A stretch of 64,000 bases of DNA. Origin: a virus (Duplodnaviria > Caudoviricetes). Of this stretch, positions 1-9,945 are shown piece after piece. The stretch spans positions 22,954 through 86,953 of IMG/VR virus record IMGVR_UViG_2888028904_000001; one strand, written 5' to 3'. The position numbers and the translations under genes were made by a program. Under the pieces are notes generated by a model. It made no database searches and was not told the origin of the DNA. It was given only the letters and a program-made list of their open reading frames with translations. Every line of letters starts with the position of its first letter. Position 1 is the first letter of the stretch.

Positions 1-438
1 ATGGAGGAAGATCAAAAAGGGTTACGTGTAAGAGGACAACTGACACCCGGTCATAGTGCGGCTCAAGATCTAAAAGCGGCAATGAAGCATGGCACGGTTG
101 ACGGGCTTTCTATCGGATTCGGTTGTCTGCGTAATGACTTTGAGCGAACACCTTCAGGTCGTATTTTTAAAAACATCTCCCTGTTACGTGAAATCAGTAT
201 TTGTACATTTCCCGCTAATGACCAAGCACAGGTTTCATCACTCAAGAGCATCGATGGGTTATTAACGATCCGAGATATTGAGGATTGGCTGAGAGAGTCA
301 GCCGGTTTATCAAAATCAGAAGCCGTCGGTTTTATTTCCCGCTTCAAATCCGCTATTCGGAGTGAGTCCGATGACACTCAACAATCCCTAGTCGCATCCA
401 TTGTTAACCAAATTAATGCATTTAATCTGAAAGGATAG
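1..438 (+). CDS. HK97-family prohead protease (5'-truncated by window)
   Basis: GLSIGF and LREISICTFPAN motifs; directly upstream of capsid. Confidence 0.9.
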   Translation: MEEDQKGLRVRGQLTPGHSAAQDLKAAMKHGTVDGLSIGFGCLRNDFERTPSGRIFKNISLLREISICTFPANDQAQVSSLKSIDGLLTIRDIEDWLRESAGLSKSEAVGFISRFKSAIRSESDDTQQSLVASIVNQINAFNLKG

Positions 439-441
439 AAT

Positions 442-1608
442 ATGTCTGACTTAGCTATTATCCAAGAAGCCATCGAAGGATCACAAAAAAAGGTGCAAGA
501 GCTTTTCGATGCACAGAAGAAAGAAATTGAAGCTACTGGCGTAGTTTCAAAGCAATTACAAACAGATTTAGCCTTAGTTCAAGAGGAATTAAAAAAAGCC
601 GGTGAGCGTCTGTTTGATTTAGAGCAGAAAGGGGCAACGAGTGCTGATGATCCTAATGCGAAAAAAGATTTTTCTGAGCGAGCAGCAGAAGCGCTGACAA
701 AATCATGGAATGGGAGTCAGGCTTCTTATGAAGTGAAAACGTTTAATAAATCATTAGGCAGTGATGTGAGTTCAGCCGGAGTTCTCATTCAGCCGATGCA
801 AGTACCGGGTATTATTATGCCGGGTATGCGTCGTTTAGTTATCCGCGATTTATTAGCACAAGGTCGTATTTCCAGTAACTCACTGGAATATGTACGCGAA
901 AAATTGTTTACCAATAGCGCGGCACCTGTGAAAGAAAAGGCACAAAAACCAGAATCTAATCTGACTTTTGAAAAACAAACGGCAAATGTGATCACTATTG
1001 CTCATTGGATCCAAGCGTCTCGCCAAGTGATGGATGATGCTGTGCAGTTACAGTCTTACGTTAATAACCGCTTATTGTATGGCTTAGCGTTAGTGGAAGA
1101 GGAGCAATTACTCAATGGTGACGGTACTGCGGATAATTTGACGGGGATTAATCATGTTGCCACGGCCTATGATACCACGTTGAGTGCTACGGGTGACACG
1201 CATGCTGACCTGATTGCTCATGCCATTTATCAGGTAACAGAATCTGAATTTAGCGCCTCTGGTATTATTTTAAATCCTCGTGATTGGCATGCCATTGCGT
1301 TAATGAAAGATAAAGAAGGGCGTTATATTTTTGGTGGCCCACAAGCGTTTACTTCAAATGTAATGTGGGGATTACCTGTTGTTCCCACAAAAGCACAAAA
1401 ACAAGGTGAGTTTACTGTTGGTGCATTTGATTTGGCGTCTCAAGTATGGGATCGAATGAATGCGGTTATCGAAGTGAGTCGAGAAGATCGTGATAATTTC
1501 GTGAAGAATATGCTGACCATTTTGTGTGAAGAGCGTTTAGCATTAGCCCATTATCGCCCTCAAGCCTTAATTAAAGGGACTTTTCCAACGTCTGGAAGAA
1601 GTGCTTAA
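442..1608 (+). CDS. HK97-fold major capsid protein
   Basis: N-terminal coiled-coil delta domain; EEEQLLNGDG and EERLALAHYRP motifs as in HK97 gp5. Confidence 0.95.
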   Translation: MSDLAIIQEAIEGSQKKVQELFDAQKKEIEATGVVSKQLQTDLALVQEELKKAGERLFDLEQKGATSADDPNAKKDFSERAAEALTKSWNGSQASYEVKTFNKSLGSDVSSAGVLIQPMQVPGIIMPGMRRLVIRDLLAQGRISSNSLEYVREKLFTNSAAPVKEKAQKPESNLTFEKQTANVITIAHWIQASRQVMDDAVQLQSYVNNRLLYGLALVEEEQLLNGDGTADNLTGINHVATAYDTTLSATGDTHADLIAHAIYQVTESEFSASGIILNPRDWHAIALMKDKEGRYIFGGPQAFTSNVMWGLPVVPTKAQKQGEFTVGAFDLASQVWDRMNAVIEVSREDRDNFVKNMLTILCEERLALAHYRPQALIKGTFPTSGRSA

Positions 1609-1646
1609 GTAATAGGTCGGGGTAGGTAACTATCCCGTATTACATC

Positions 1647-1946
1647 ATGAATATCTTAGATGTCATTCCTCTTTCTTTATTAAAACAGCATCTCGAATAC
1701 AGCGGTGATGATCGTGATGAGCAGATTATATTTTATGCACAAAGCGCATTAAATTATTGTTTGAGATGGTGTGATGAACCGGCATGGAAATCACCTGATG
1801 ATATCCCTTATGAAGTGAAATCGGCAATGCTCTTAGTGCTGGGGGATATGTTTGAACATCGAACCAGCCAAAGTGAAATTCCGTTATATGAAAATAAAGC
1901 AGTAGAACGATTGTTACTGCTTTGTCGAAATTGGCGAGGTAGTTAA
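1647..1946 (+). CDS. Head-tail connector (gp6-like)
   Basis: LKQHL..D and AMLLVLGDMFEHR motifs; position after capsid. Confidence 0.85.
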   Translation: MNILDVIPLSLLKQHLEYSGDDRDEQIIFYAQSALNYCLRWCDEPAWKSPDDIPYEVKSAMLLVLGDMFEHRTSQSEIPLYENKAVERLLLLCRNWRGS

Positions 1947-2275
1947 TGGATCCGGGACGATTACGCCACACTATTCATATTCAAAAATCAGTATTAGCGC
2001 CCGATGCCATCAGTGGCAATGATGTGATTTGGACGGATCATGCGACAAAAGTACGTGCAGCGATCATGCCTTATCAAGGGCGGGAATATTTTCAAGCCCA
2101 ACAAGTACAAAGTGAGGCCACAACACGAATTATTATTCGCTATATCGCTGACATTGATACTTCGATGCGTATTGTATGGGGTAAGCGAATATTTAATATT
2201 ATTTCGATTATTGACCCTTATGAGCGTCATCGTGAGCTTCAATTGATGTGCAAAGAGGGCGTGAATGATGGGTGA
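1946..2275 (+). CDS. Head closure protein (HK97 gp7-like)
   Basis: MDPGRLRH start, IRY..DI..SMRI motif, synteny. Confidence 0.85.
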   Translation: MDPGRLRHTIHIQKSVLAPDAISGNDVIWTDHATKVRAAIMPYQGREYFQAQQVQSEATTRIIIRYIADIDTSMRIVWGKRIFNIISIIDPYERHRELQLMCKEGVNDG

Positions 2276-2738
2276 GATTAAAATCAGTGGATTGTCTGAA
2301 CTCGCTCAACGAATGCAAGACATTGCCCGTAAAACCAGAAATCAAAGTGCGCGTAAGGCGATGAATGCAGGCGCTTCGGCGTTAAAACAGGAAATCAAAC
2401 ATCGAGTGCCTATTCTTAAGGAAACGGTGCCTCATCGACGCAAAGGCACCATCAAGCGCAATATTCGTTCTAAAACGAAAGTGCAGCGTAATGGACAAGT
2501 CAAAACGCGCATTTGGGTGAAATCATTATCGGGTAAAAAGGTGTCTGCCTTTAAACAGGCAACGGGAAAAAGTGCGGCATTGAACCCAAATGATCCGTTT
2601 TATTGGTGGTTTGTTGAGTTTGGCACTGCCAAGATGCCCGCACAACCGTTTATGCGCCCCAGCTTTGAAGCGAAAAAGGAAGCGACGGCTAAAGTGATTG
2701 TTCAAACACTCAAAGAGGATATTGAAAAAGCAAGGTAG
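2265..2738 (+). CDS. HK97 gp10-family tail completion protein
   Basis: FYWWFVEFGT.KMPAQPFMRP motif. Confidence 0.9.
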   Translation: MMGEIKISGLSELAQRMQDIARKTRNQSARKAMNAGASALKQEIKHRVPILKETVPHRRKGTIKRNIRSKTKVQRNGQVKTRIWVKSLSGKKVSAFKQATGKSAALNPNDPFYWWFVEFGTAKMPAQPFMRPSFEAKKEATAKVIVQTLKEDIEKAR

Positions 2739-2743
2739 AGATC

Positions 2744-3085
2744 ATGATACAGCAATTAAAAGAGACCCTTTCACCGCTTGTCGATGGAAGGGTTTTTTTT
2801 CAGGTATTACCCGAAGGAAAAGGGCATTATCCCGCCATTGTGATCCAGTTTGCCAGCATCACGCCTAACAGTGCGCTGGAGGATACGGATTTAGACAACT
2901 ATCGCGTGCAACTTGATGTGTATGCGCCACAACCACAACCCCTTATGGTCTTGCGTAAAAAAATCGAGGCTCAGATTATCGAGGCGATCCCATTTGCACA
3001 ACGAGTGAATGCGGTCTTTGGGTATGAAGCGGATGTCAAATTGCATCGGCTTGTTCTTGAATTAATGATTTCATCAGATAAATAA
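2744..3085 (+). CDS. Tail terminator protein
   Basis: RVQLDVYA motif; between gp10-like and major tail genes. Confidence 0.75.
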   Translation: MIQQLKETLSPLVDGRVFFQVLPEGKGHYPAIVIQFASITPNSALEDTDLDNYRVQLDVYAPQPQPLMVLRKKIEAQIIEAIPFAQRVNAVFGYEADVKLHRLVLELMISSDK

Positions 3086-3094
3086 GGAATGGAT

Positions 3095-3760
3095 ATGGCA
3101 AAGTCAAAAAACCATAAAGCGACGCCTTTCCTCGGCACGAAGATCTTTGTACAAACCGGCTTAGGAGAGGCGATGACCGTGACGGAAGCGACGTTATCAC
3201 CCGCAACCATTACCATCGCCAATAATAAGCTGAAAGCCGATGACATGATTATGTTATCGGGTTTAGGGGAATTAGATGGGCGTTTCCCCATTGCACAGGT
3301 TGATGGCAATAAAGTGACCTTGTGTGAGGAAGTGGATTGGAGTGATAAAACGTTACCCACGGATTTTGCAAACGCCAAAGCACAACGTATTCAATGGTCT
3401 AATAATTTTTGTGCAGTGAAAAGTTTCAGTAAAGACGGTTCGACAACCGAACAAATTGATGTCACCACCATTTGCAGTGATGGCAAGGAATATGAATCCG
3501 GTGATACGGAATACGGCTCAATTAAATTGACCTTTTTCTTACGGTATAGCTCCAGTGATGTGCAGCGGCTCTTGCGTAAATATGAAAACAGCAAAGAAAA
3601 ATTTGCGGTGAAAATGGTTTTAACGCGAGATGAAGGCTCCATGTTTTATTACGGCTCTGTCGAAACGGGCATGAATATTGATGGCAGTGTAGGACAAATG
3701 ATGGATTCGGGGATCTCGATTAAATTGTCTGGCCGTGATTATTTGAATGTGAAGAAATAA
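3095..3760 (+). CDS. Major tail (tube) protein
   Basis: IDVTTICS..KEY..G motif; synteny; AAGGA RBS before ATG 3095. Confidence 0.8.
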   Translation: MAKSKNHKATPFLGTKIFVQTGLGEAMTVTEATLSPATITIANNKLKADDMIMLSGLGELDGRFPIAQVDGNKVTLCEEVDWSDKTLPTDFANAKAQRIQWSNNFCAVKSFSKDGSTTEQIDVTTICSDGKEYESGDTEYGSIKLTFFLRYSSSDVQRLLRKYENSKEKFAVKMVLTRDEGSMFYYGSVETGMNIDGSVGQMMDSGISIKLSGRDYLNVKK

Positions 3761-3824
3761 CCCCTAATTCACCTCTTTCATTATTTCTCTTCTCCCTTCT
3801 CAATAAAAAATCTTAGGAGTGATT

Positions 3825-4241
3825 ATGTCTAACGCTTTATTGCGTGAATTAGTGTTAAACCAAGCACTGAAAGTGACGCCTTTTACCTATTTAGACAACA
3901 CCTTTTATGTCAAAGAGTTGGATGTTGGCACCATGAATTACATTCAGCGCAAACTTCGCCAAATTAAAATCAAGCTCGCTGAGGCGCAGGACATTTATTT
4001 AGACGAAGACGATCCCGAACAATTTAATGAGGCGATAAATCGTGTCTACGATGAATATGATGTCGCCAGAATGTTGGCTTTTAAGTTGTGTGATGAAAAA
4101 GGGGAACTGCTTTTTGATGCAGAAAATGAAGAAGACTTAAAAGGTCTTAATCGTTTAGGACAAGGGTTCTCTAATGCGGTGTTTACAGCAGAAGCGGGGA
4201 ATAGCGAAAAAAACTTGGAGAACGGCGACAATTTCAATTGA
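3825..4241 (+). CDS. Tail assembly chaperone (G-like)
   Basis: Follows tail tube; LCDEKGELLF motif; slippery A-AAA-AAC near 3' end. Confidence 0.8.
   Translation: MSNALLRELVLNQALKVTPFTYLDNTFYVKELDVGTMNYIQRKLRQIKIKLAEAQDIYLDEDDPEQFNEAINRVYDEYDVARMLAFKLCDEKGELLFDAENEEDLKGLNRLGQGFSNAVFTAEAGNSEKNLENGDNFN
4208..4214 (+). promoter_or_regulatory. -1 programmed ribosomal frameshift site (A AAA AAC)
   Basis: X-XXY-YYZ heptamer in frame with chaperone; -1 frame open through 4516. Confidence 0.75.
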
Positions 4242-4516
4242 TATTGTCGCTGGCATTGGGAAAAACCCTCGCGGAAATCGAGCAAATGCCCGAAAGCCAC
4301 TTGTGTGAATATGAAGCTTTTTATCGCAAACAACCCTTTGGTTTATGGCGAGAGGATTATCGGATGGCACAAGTGGCGCATCTTCTTGCGATGATAAATC
4401 GTGATCCGAAAACGTCTCCGCCTGAATTGATGGATTTTATGCCGATGTGGAAGAAGAAAATCACGGAAGAAGAGCTGTGGGATAACGTTACTGAGAGTGT
4501 ATTAGCTAATCGATAG
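4238..4516 (+). CDS. Tail assembly chaperone T part (GT frameshift extension)
   Basis: LALGKTLAEIEQM and PFG..REDYRMA motifs; -1 frame of upstream chaperone. Confidence 0.75.
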   Translation: MILSLALGKTLAEIEQMPESHLCEYEAFYRKQPFGLWREDYRMAQVAHLLAMINRDPKTSPPELMDFMPMWKKKITEEELWDNVTESVLANR

Positions 4517-4534
4517 CCCCACATCAGTGGGGCT
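4515..4534. terminator. Hairpin between convergent genes (likely terminator)
   Basis: AGCCCCAC-atca-GTGGGGCT perfect 8-bp stem. Confidence 0.55.
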
Positions 4535-4540
4535 TAATCG

Positions 4541-4732
4541 TTAACCACCGCGAGACATTTTCTCAATTTTTTTATCCGTATTGTATTGAGAAAGCGCATA
4601 AACCGACCAGATAGCCGCAGGGATCCAGCCAATTAATGTGATTTGTAGGATAAGGCAGAAGATGCCAGCAAATGGGCGACCAATCGTGAAAAATTGTAAC
4701 CAAGGTAGTAATAACGCCAGAATAAGTCTCAT
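4541..4732 (-). CDS. YqaE/Pmp3-family small membrane protein (moron)
   Basis: LILALLLPW...LIGWIPAAIWSVY two-TM pattern; opposite strand within tail operon; GAGGGG RBS. Confidence 0.8.
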   Translation of the reverse strand: MRLILALLLPWLQFFTIGRPFAGIFCLILQITLIGWIPAAIWSVYALSQYNTDKKIEKMSRGG

Positions 4733-4858
4733 AAAACCCCCTCTATTATTCGAAATTTCAGTTTATCAATAATTAAATCAATAGCAAATAACAAGGAATA
4801 TTGCATTTATTCAGGATGAAAGTTTGCTTTTGTAGTGTTCATACCAAGGATTGAATTT

Positions 4859-7800
4859 ATGGCGGGAGCATTAGGTAGATTAAATATTGATTTGACGCTG
4901 AATACGGCAAATTTCACAAATGCGATCAACCGTAGCCAGCGCCAAACAGAACAATTTGGGCAAAGTATTCGCGTCAGTCTTCAAGCTATCACCGTACAAC
5001 AAGAGCGAATGGTATCGCAAACCGCAAAATCCTCAGCGCTTTTTGCCCGTTTTGCGAGTGTCACCGCAAGTGCATTATCCATTCATCAAGTCATTAATTA
5101 TGCCGATAGTTGGACTGAATTACAGAACCGCTTAAAACTGGTGACAGAAAGCTCCGTTGAGTTAAATAAAGCCACACAAGCCGTCTATGATATTGCCCAA
5201 AAAACCTATCAATCATTGGATGCCACAGCACAGGTTTATCAACGTTTTGCGGATAATGCCGATCGCTTAGGCTTAAGTCAGCAAAAAGTGGCTGAACTCA
5301 CAGAAACTGTCTCAAAAGCCGTGGCGATTTCGGGAGCGAGTGCAACCGCAGCACAAGCGGCATTAACCCAATTTGGTCAAGCATTAGCCTCGGGGCAGTT
5401 ACGCGGGGAAGAGCTGAATTCGGTGATGGAGCAAACCCCTGCGTTAGCGAAAGCCATCGCTGACGGAATGGGTGTCAGTGTGGGTGAACTAAGGAAGAAA
5501 GCCCAAGACGGTGAAATGACGATTGAAAAAGTCATTCAAGCCTTAGAGCGTGCTGCCGACAGTGTGGATAAAAAATTCGCCACCAGTGTGACAACGGTTA
5601 GCCAAGGTTTCACTAATCTTCAATCGGCGATGACCAAATTTATTGGTGAAGCGAATCAAGGTACAGGTGCGACTCAGCTTTTTACCACAGGGATGACCAC
5701 TCTTGCCGATAATCTATCGTTAGTCGCTAAAGTAGTCGAAGGGATCGCCGTCACGGCATTGGTAGCAAAACTCTCTCAATGGACGAAAGCCACTTATCTG
5801 AAAAATCAGACAACGTTGAATGAAGCCAAAGCCACATTACAGAGTGCAGAGGCAAACAGTGTGGCAGCAACCAGTGCCGTGAGGAAGGCATGGGCGGATA
5901 AAGAAGCCGCCACATCGGCGCTCAATAGAGCCAAAATGGAATATCAAGTTGCTAGAGGCACTAACGCGGAAAAAATAGCACTTGATAACCTTATTGCCAC
6001 AAAATCACTCGCAAGAACAACCTCTCTAAATTATACACAGGCATTAACCGCCGAAAACGTTGCTCAACGTGCATTAACGACCGCTCGGCGTCAATCAACG
6101 GTGGCGGGGCGAGCACTTAACAGTGTTATGGGATTCGCGGGTGGCCCTATTGGATTAGTGTTGACGGGTGTTGCGGCATTGGGCATGGGATTGTATGAAT
6201 ACAGCGAAAATGTCAAACAAGCCAAGTTAGAATCGATTGAATTTGCTCATTCCCTTGATACATCAACAGAAGCGTTAAACAAAATGAGCAATGCCACGTT
6301 AGTGGCGAATTTAAGCAAAGTTTCATCGGGCATTAACGCGCAATTGGAGAAAATCGAGGAACTTAAACAACAGGTTATTTCCTTACAAGGTCTATCAAAA
6401 TACAGCGTTGAGAGTGAAAAGGCGTTTACTGAACAAGGTGTGGGGGATTTATACCTTAAACGAGTGGCTGAAAAGCAAAAAGAGCTTGATGCTGCGATGG
6501 GGATATATGCAGAGCAAGTTAATAACTTAGAGCGTCAGCGAGCCAATATGCAAAATATGTTGGCGACACTCAAAGAAAAAGTAGGTGACCAAGCTCCTGA
6601 ATATAGACGCTATGCCACCGAATTACAAAATGTTGATGCCGTTATCAATTCACTTAAGGCGAGTTTAAAGAGTTTAGGCATTGAATATGAATCACTCATT
6701 AATATCACGCTTCAGGCGACAAATAGCCAAGTGAATGCCGCCATGGCGATTGCTAAACAGATTGATGAATCGATTGAAAAATCGCAACGTTCAGTGGCAA
6801 AAGCACAAGCCACAGGGAAGGTATTAGCGAAATTAAATGCAGAAGATGTATTGGCTTCACGCAAAATTACGCCAGATATGCAAGGCTACGATAAGGCCTT
6901 ACAAGCTGAAATTGAGGCACAACTGGCACTGCAAGCCAAACGGACGTATAAGCCCAGCCATAAATCAACCATTGATTATGCCAAGCAATACACCAAAATC
7001 TTAACGGAATTAGAGGAAAAACAAGCCTCACTGATTGCGGATGGACAAAGTATTCAGCTGTATGGCACTACCTCTTCCTTTAATGAATACACATCCGCAT
7101 TAGCCGATATCAAACAGAATAAAGACAAATTTGATGCCATCTTAAAAATCGATCCCAAAGCCATTGAGACGATAAAAGAAAAAGCGAAAGCCATTGATGA
7201 TTTAGCTCGTGCCAACTCGGTTGCGCAATTTGCTTATGATCGCGGTAAAGAAATTGAGCAGATGCAATTTGAAACCACCTTGATAGGAAAGACACGCGCA
7301 GAGCAAGAAAAACTCAATGCCCTTCGTCAGATTGATGTGCTGTATCAGCAAGCCAGTGTGGATTTAGGCGAGAAAGAGCTGGCGAACTTACAACGCAATG
7401 TCGAACTCACTAAGCAGCAGATTGAGGAAGAGCTGAGGAAGCGAGAGGCCATGAAAGGCGATCCGATGGTGGGATTAAAACAAGGCTTATCGGATTTCAG
7501 TGAGTCGGCTATGGATGTAATGGAGAACGTCAGAAACGTCACTACCAATGCCCTTAATAATATGTCTGATGCATTAGCCGATTTTGCTTTAACGGGCAAA
7601 GGAAGCTTTAAAGATTTTGCCAATGCGGTGATTTCCGATATCACTCGAATGGTAATGAAAATGCTGATTTTCAAAGCCATTGAAGCAGGCGGGCAGGCAA
7701 TGGGCTTTGATATGGGATGGATGAGCAAAGGGCATGCTTACGGTGGTTATACGGGGCATGGAGGAAAATTCGAACCTAAAGGGATTGTACATGGTGGTGA

Positions 7801-8134
7801 GTTTGTTTTTACCAAAGAAGCGACGGCTAAATTGGGTGTCGGCAATCTCTATCGCTTAATGCATGCGGCGCAAGGTTATGCTTCGGGGGGCTTTGTGGGG
7901 CCGGTCGCAGGGCGAATACCCGTTACACCGCAACCGACGTTAGCCCATGCAGGTGGTGTACAAATGACCGTCGTTAATCATATTACGGTGACGGGAAATG
8001 GTGACGCTGTACTTGCACAGGCAATGAAGGAAGCCGCACAACAAGGGACAGAAGCAGGCGCACAGAAAGCTCACGCGATGATGTTACAAGACTTTCAAAG
8101 TAATGGCGCAGCACGCAGAACATTAGGAGTCTAA
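4859..8134 (+). CDS. Tape measure protein
   Basis: ~1090 aa, helical; QALASGQLRGEELNSVMEQ and GIVHGGEFVF motifs. Confidence 0.95.
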   Translation: MAGALGRLNIDLTLNTANFTNAINRSQRQTEQFGQSIRVSLQAITVQQERMVSQTAKSSALFARFASVTASALSIHQVINYADSWTELQNRLKLVTESSVELNKATQAVYDIAQKTYQSLDATAQVYQRFADNADRLGLSQQKVAELTETVSKAVAISGASATAAQAALTQFGQALASGQLRGEELNSVMEQTPALAKAIADGMGVSVGELRKKAQDGEMTIEKVIQALERAADSVDKKFATSVTTVSQGFTNLQSAMTKFIGEANQGTGATQLFTTGMTTLADNLSLVAKVVEGIAVTALVAKLSQWTKATYLKNQTTLNEAKATLQSAEANSVAATSAVRKAWADKEAATSALNRAKMEYQVARGTNAEKIALDNLIATKSLARTTSLNYTQALTAENVAQRALTTARRQSTVAGRALNSVMGFAGGPIGLVLTGVAALGMGLYEYSENVKQAKLESIEFAHSLDTSTEALNKMSNATLVANLSKVSSGINAQLEKIEELKQQVISLQGLSKYSVESEKAFTEQGVGDLYLKRVAEKQKELDAAMGIYAEQVNNLERQRANMQNMLATLKEKVGDQAPEYRRYATELQNVDAVINSLKASLKSLGIEYESLINITLQATNSQVNAAMAIAKQIDESIEKSQRSVAKAQATGKVLAKLNAEDVLASRKITPDMQGYDKALQAEIEAQLALQAKRTYKPSHKSTIDYAKQYTKILTELEEKQASLIADGQSIQLYGTTSSFNEYTSALADIKQNKDKFDAILKIDPKAIETIKEKAKAIDDLARANSVAQFAYDRGKEIEQMQFETTLIGKTRAEQEKLNALRQIDVLYQQASVDLGEKELANLQRNVELTKQQIEEELRKREAMKGDPMVGLKQGLSDFSESAMDVMENVRNVTTNALNNMSDALADFALTGKGSFKDFANAVISDITRMVMKMLIFKAIEAGGQAMGFDMGWMSKGHAYGGYTGHGGKFEPKGIVHGGEFVFTKEATAKLGVGNLYRLMHAAQGYASGGFVGPVAGRIPVTPQPTLAHAGGVQMTVVNHITVTGNGDAVLAQAMKEAAQQGTEAGAQKAHAMMLQDFQSNGAARRTLGV

Positions 8135-8731
8135 ATGTCTATTCTTGAATGGCCAAAAGAGGTGATCCCCACACAAGAAAACTGGCAATTATTGAGTAAC
8201 AGCAAAACCTTTACCTCACCATTTAATGGAAGTAGCCAGACGGTACGCTTTCCGGGAAGCCGTTGGCGTTGTGAGCTGACATTTAATAATTTAAATGAAG
8301 AGAAATCGCGCCAGTTAGAAGCGCTGGTGGCTTCATTGGATGGGATGTCGGGGCGAGTCAAAATATCAAGCTGGATAAGAAAAGGGCGTTATGGGTATGG
8401 TTCGCCTCGTATTGCAATACCGAGCCAATTGGGTAATCGACTAGAAACGAAGGACTGGAAGCGCAATATGCGCGTGTTACAGCAAGGGGATCGCTTAACT
8501 GTGGGCAATGAACTCAAAATGGTGGTGGCGGATGTGGTCAGTGATAATCAAGGACGTGCCATTATTCTTATTTCGCCGATGTTAAGAACATCACCTACCG
8601 TCAATGAAATGCTCGAGGTTGAGCGTCCTTTTGGAGTTTTTCGGCTCGTTGATAATGAACAGGGTAAATTTCAGCATCGTCGCTTGGGGTATACCCATAT
8701 CACGTTATCTTTTGAGGAGGTGTTGTACTAA
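8135..8731 (+). CDS. Distal tail protein (putative)
   Basis: Directly after TMP; FTSPFNGS.QTV..PG.RW motif. Confidence 0.7.
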   Translation: MSILEWPKEVIPTQENWQLLSNSKTFTSPFNGSSQTVRFPGSRWRCELTFNNLNEEKSRQLEALVASLDGMSGRVKISSWIRKGRYGYGSPRIAIPSQLGNRLETKDWKRNMRVLQQGDRLTVGNELKMVVADVVSDNQGRAIILISPMLRTSPTVNEMLEVERPFGVFRLVDNEQGKFQHRRLGYTHITLSFEEVLY

Positions 8732-9312
8732 TGCAATATCATCCATTTTCTGATGCCATGGTCAACGCGATTAATGAGGGAGCTTATATCGTTTTAGCTG
8801 CCAGACTCGATTTGAAATCAGGCGTCACCTGTGCGCATACCGGTGTTGGGCAACTGATTATTGCGGGTGAAACCTATTTAGGTGTAGGAAGTTTAGGTGA
8901 AATCAGTCAGCTAAAAGAGAATAAGACAACCAGTCCTCCACAACTACAGCTTAAATTAGCCGGTTTTGATAAATCGCTGGTGGGAATGGTGATGAATGAG
9001 CAAAGTCGAGGACGCGAAGTCCGGTTGATGATGGTCGCCATTGGTGAAGAGGGAAAACCGTTGCTTGCTGAAGTCTTATTTGTCGGACAAATCACATCTA
9101 TCAATGTAGTGTCTGGCGAAGAAAATGCCGTATGTGTTAATGTTTCTAATCGATTCGAGCGATGGTCAATCGGGTTACCTGATAGATTCACCGATGAATC
9201 GTGGTCATCTCGAAGACAAGGTGATCGTATCTTTCGCTATGTCGCTCAAATGGCTGAACGGGCCATTTATTGGGGCAGTAAGAAAGATGCACCTGCATTT
9301 ATTTATAAATAA
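8731..9312 (+). CDS. Tail tip/hub-associated protein
   Basis: TYLGVGSLGEIS motif; synteny. Confidence 0.65.
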   Translation: MQYHPFSDAMVNAINEGAYIVLAARLDLKSGVTCAHTGVGQLIIAGETYLGVGSLGEISQLKENKTTSPPQLQLKLAGFDKSLVGMVMNEQSRGREVRLMMVAIGEEGKPLLAEVLFVGQITSINVVSGEENAVCVNVSNRFERWSIGLPDRFTDESWSSRRQGDRIFRYVAQMAERAIYWGSKKDAPAFIYK

Positions 9313-9329
9313 TTGTTGGAAGAAACGAA

Positions 9330-9878
9330 ATGAGTAAAAAACTTTTAGTTCCCCTTATTATGACGAGTCTATCGCTATGCGCAGCAAGTGCACAAGCCGT
9401 AGGTGAAAATACGCTTTCATTAGGTTATGCACAAAGTCATGTTAAAGCGGATGGCGATAAACTAAAAGAGAAGCCGAAAGGATTTAATGTCAAATATCGT
9501 TATGAATTCGATAATCATTTAGGTGTTATTGGTTCTTTTGCTTATACACATCAAGGCTATGATTATCGCTTAGGATCTCACTCTGTGGGAAATGGCGATC
9601 TTGATTATTATTCACTTACCGTGGGGCCAACCTATCGTTTTAACGATTATATTAGCGCATATGGTTTATTGGGTATTGCCCACGGTAAAGCTGAAATGGA
9701 GTTAAATGCCCCGGGTTATCACGAAAAAGAAAGCCAAAGTAAATCTGCATTCGCTTATGGTGCGGGACTTCAATTTAACCCATATCCCAATATCGCTATT
9801 GATGCTTCCTATGAATACACTAAATTTCATGATGTTAAAGTAGGTACATGGATGGTCGGTCTTGGCTATCGTTTCTAA
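9330..9878 (+). CDS. lom: Ail/Lom/OmpX-family outer membrane beta-barrel
   Basis: Signal peptide, GFNVKYRYE, C-terminal VGLGYRF. Confidence 0.9.
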   Translation: MSKKLLVPLIMTSLSLCAASAQAVGENTLSLGYAQSHVKADGDKLKEKPKGFNVKYRYEFDNHLGVIGSFAYTHQGYDYRLGSHSVGNGDLDYYSLTVGPTYRFNDYISAYGLLGIAHGKAEMELNAPGYHEKESQSKSAFAYGAGLQFNPYPNIAIDASYEYTKFHDVKVGTWMVGLGYRF

Positions 9879-9900
9879 TTAAAGATAAATATTATGTATG

Positions 9901-9926
9901 AAAGTCGGCATTATGCCGGCTTTTTT
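9901..9926 (+). terminator. Rho-independent terminator after lom
   Basis: AAAGTCGGCA-tta-TGCCGGCTTT plus T-tract. Confidence 0.7.
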
Positions 9927-9945
9927 GTTTTTAGGCGTTCTGATA

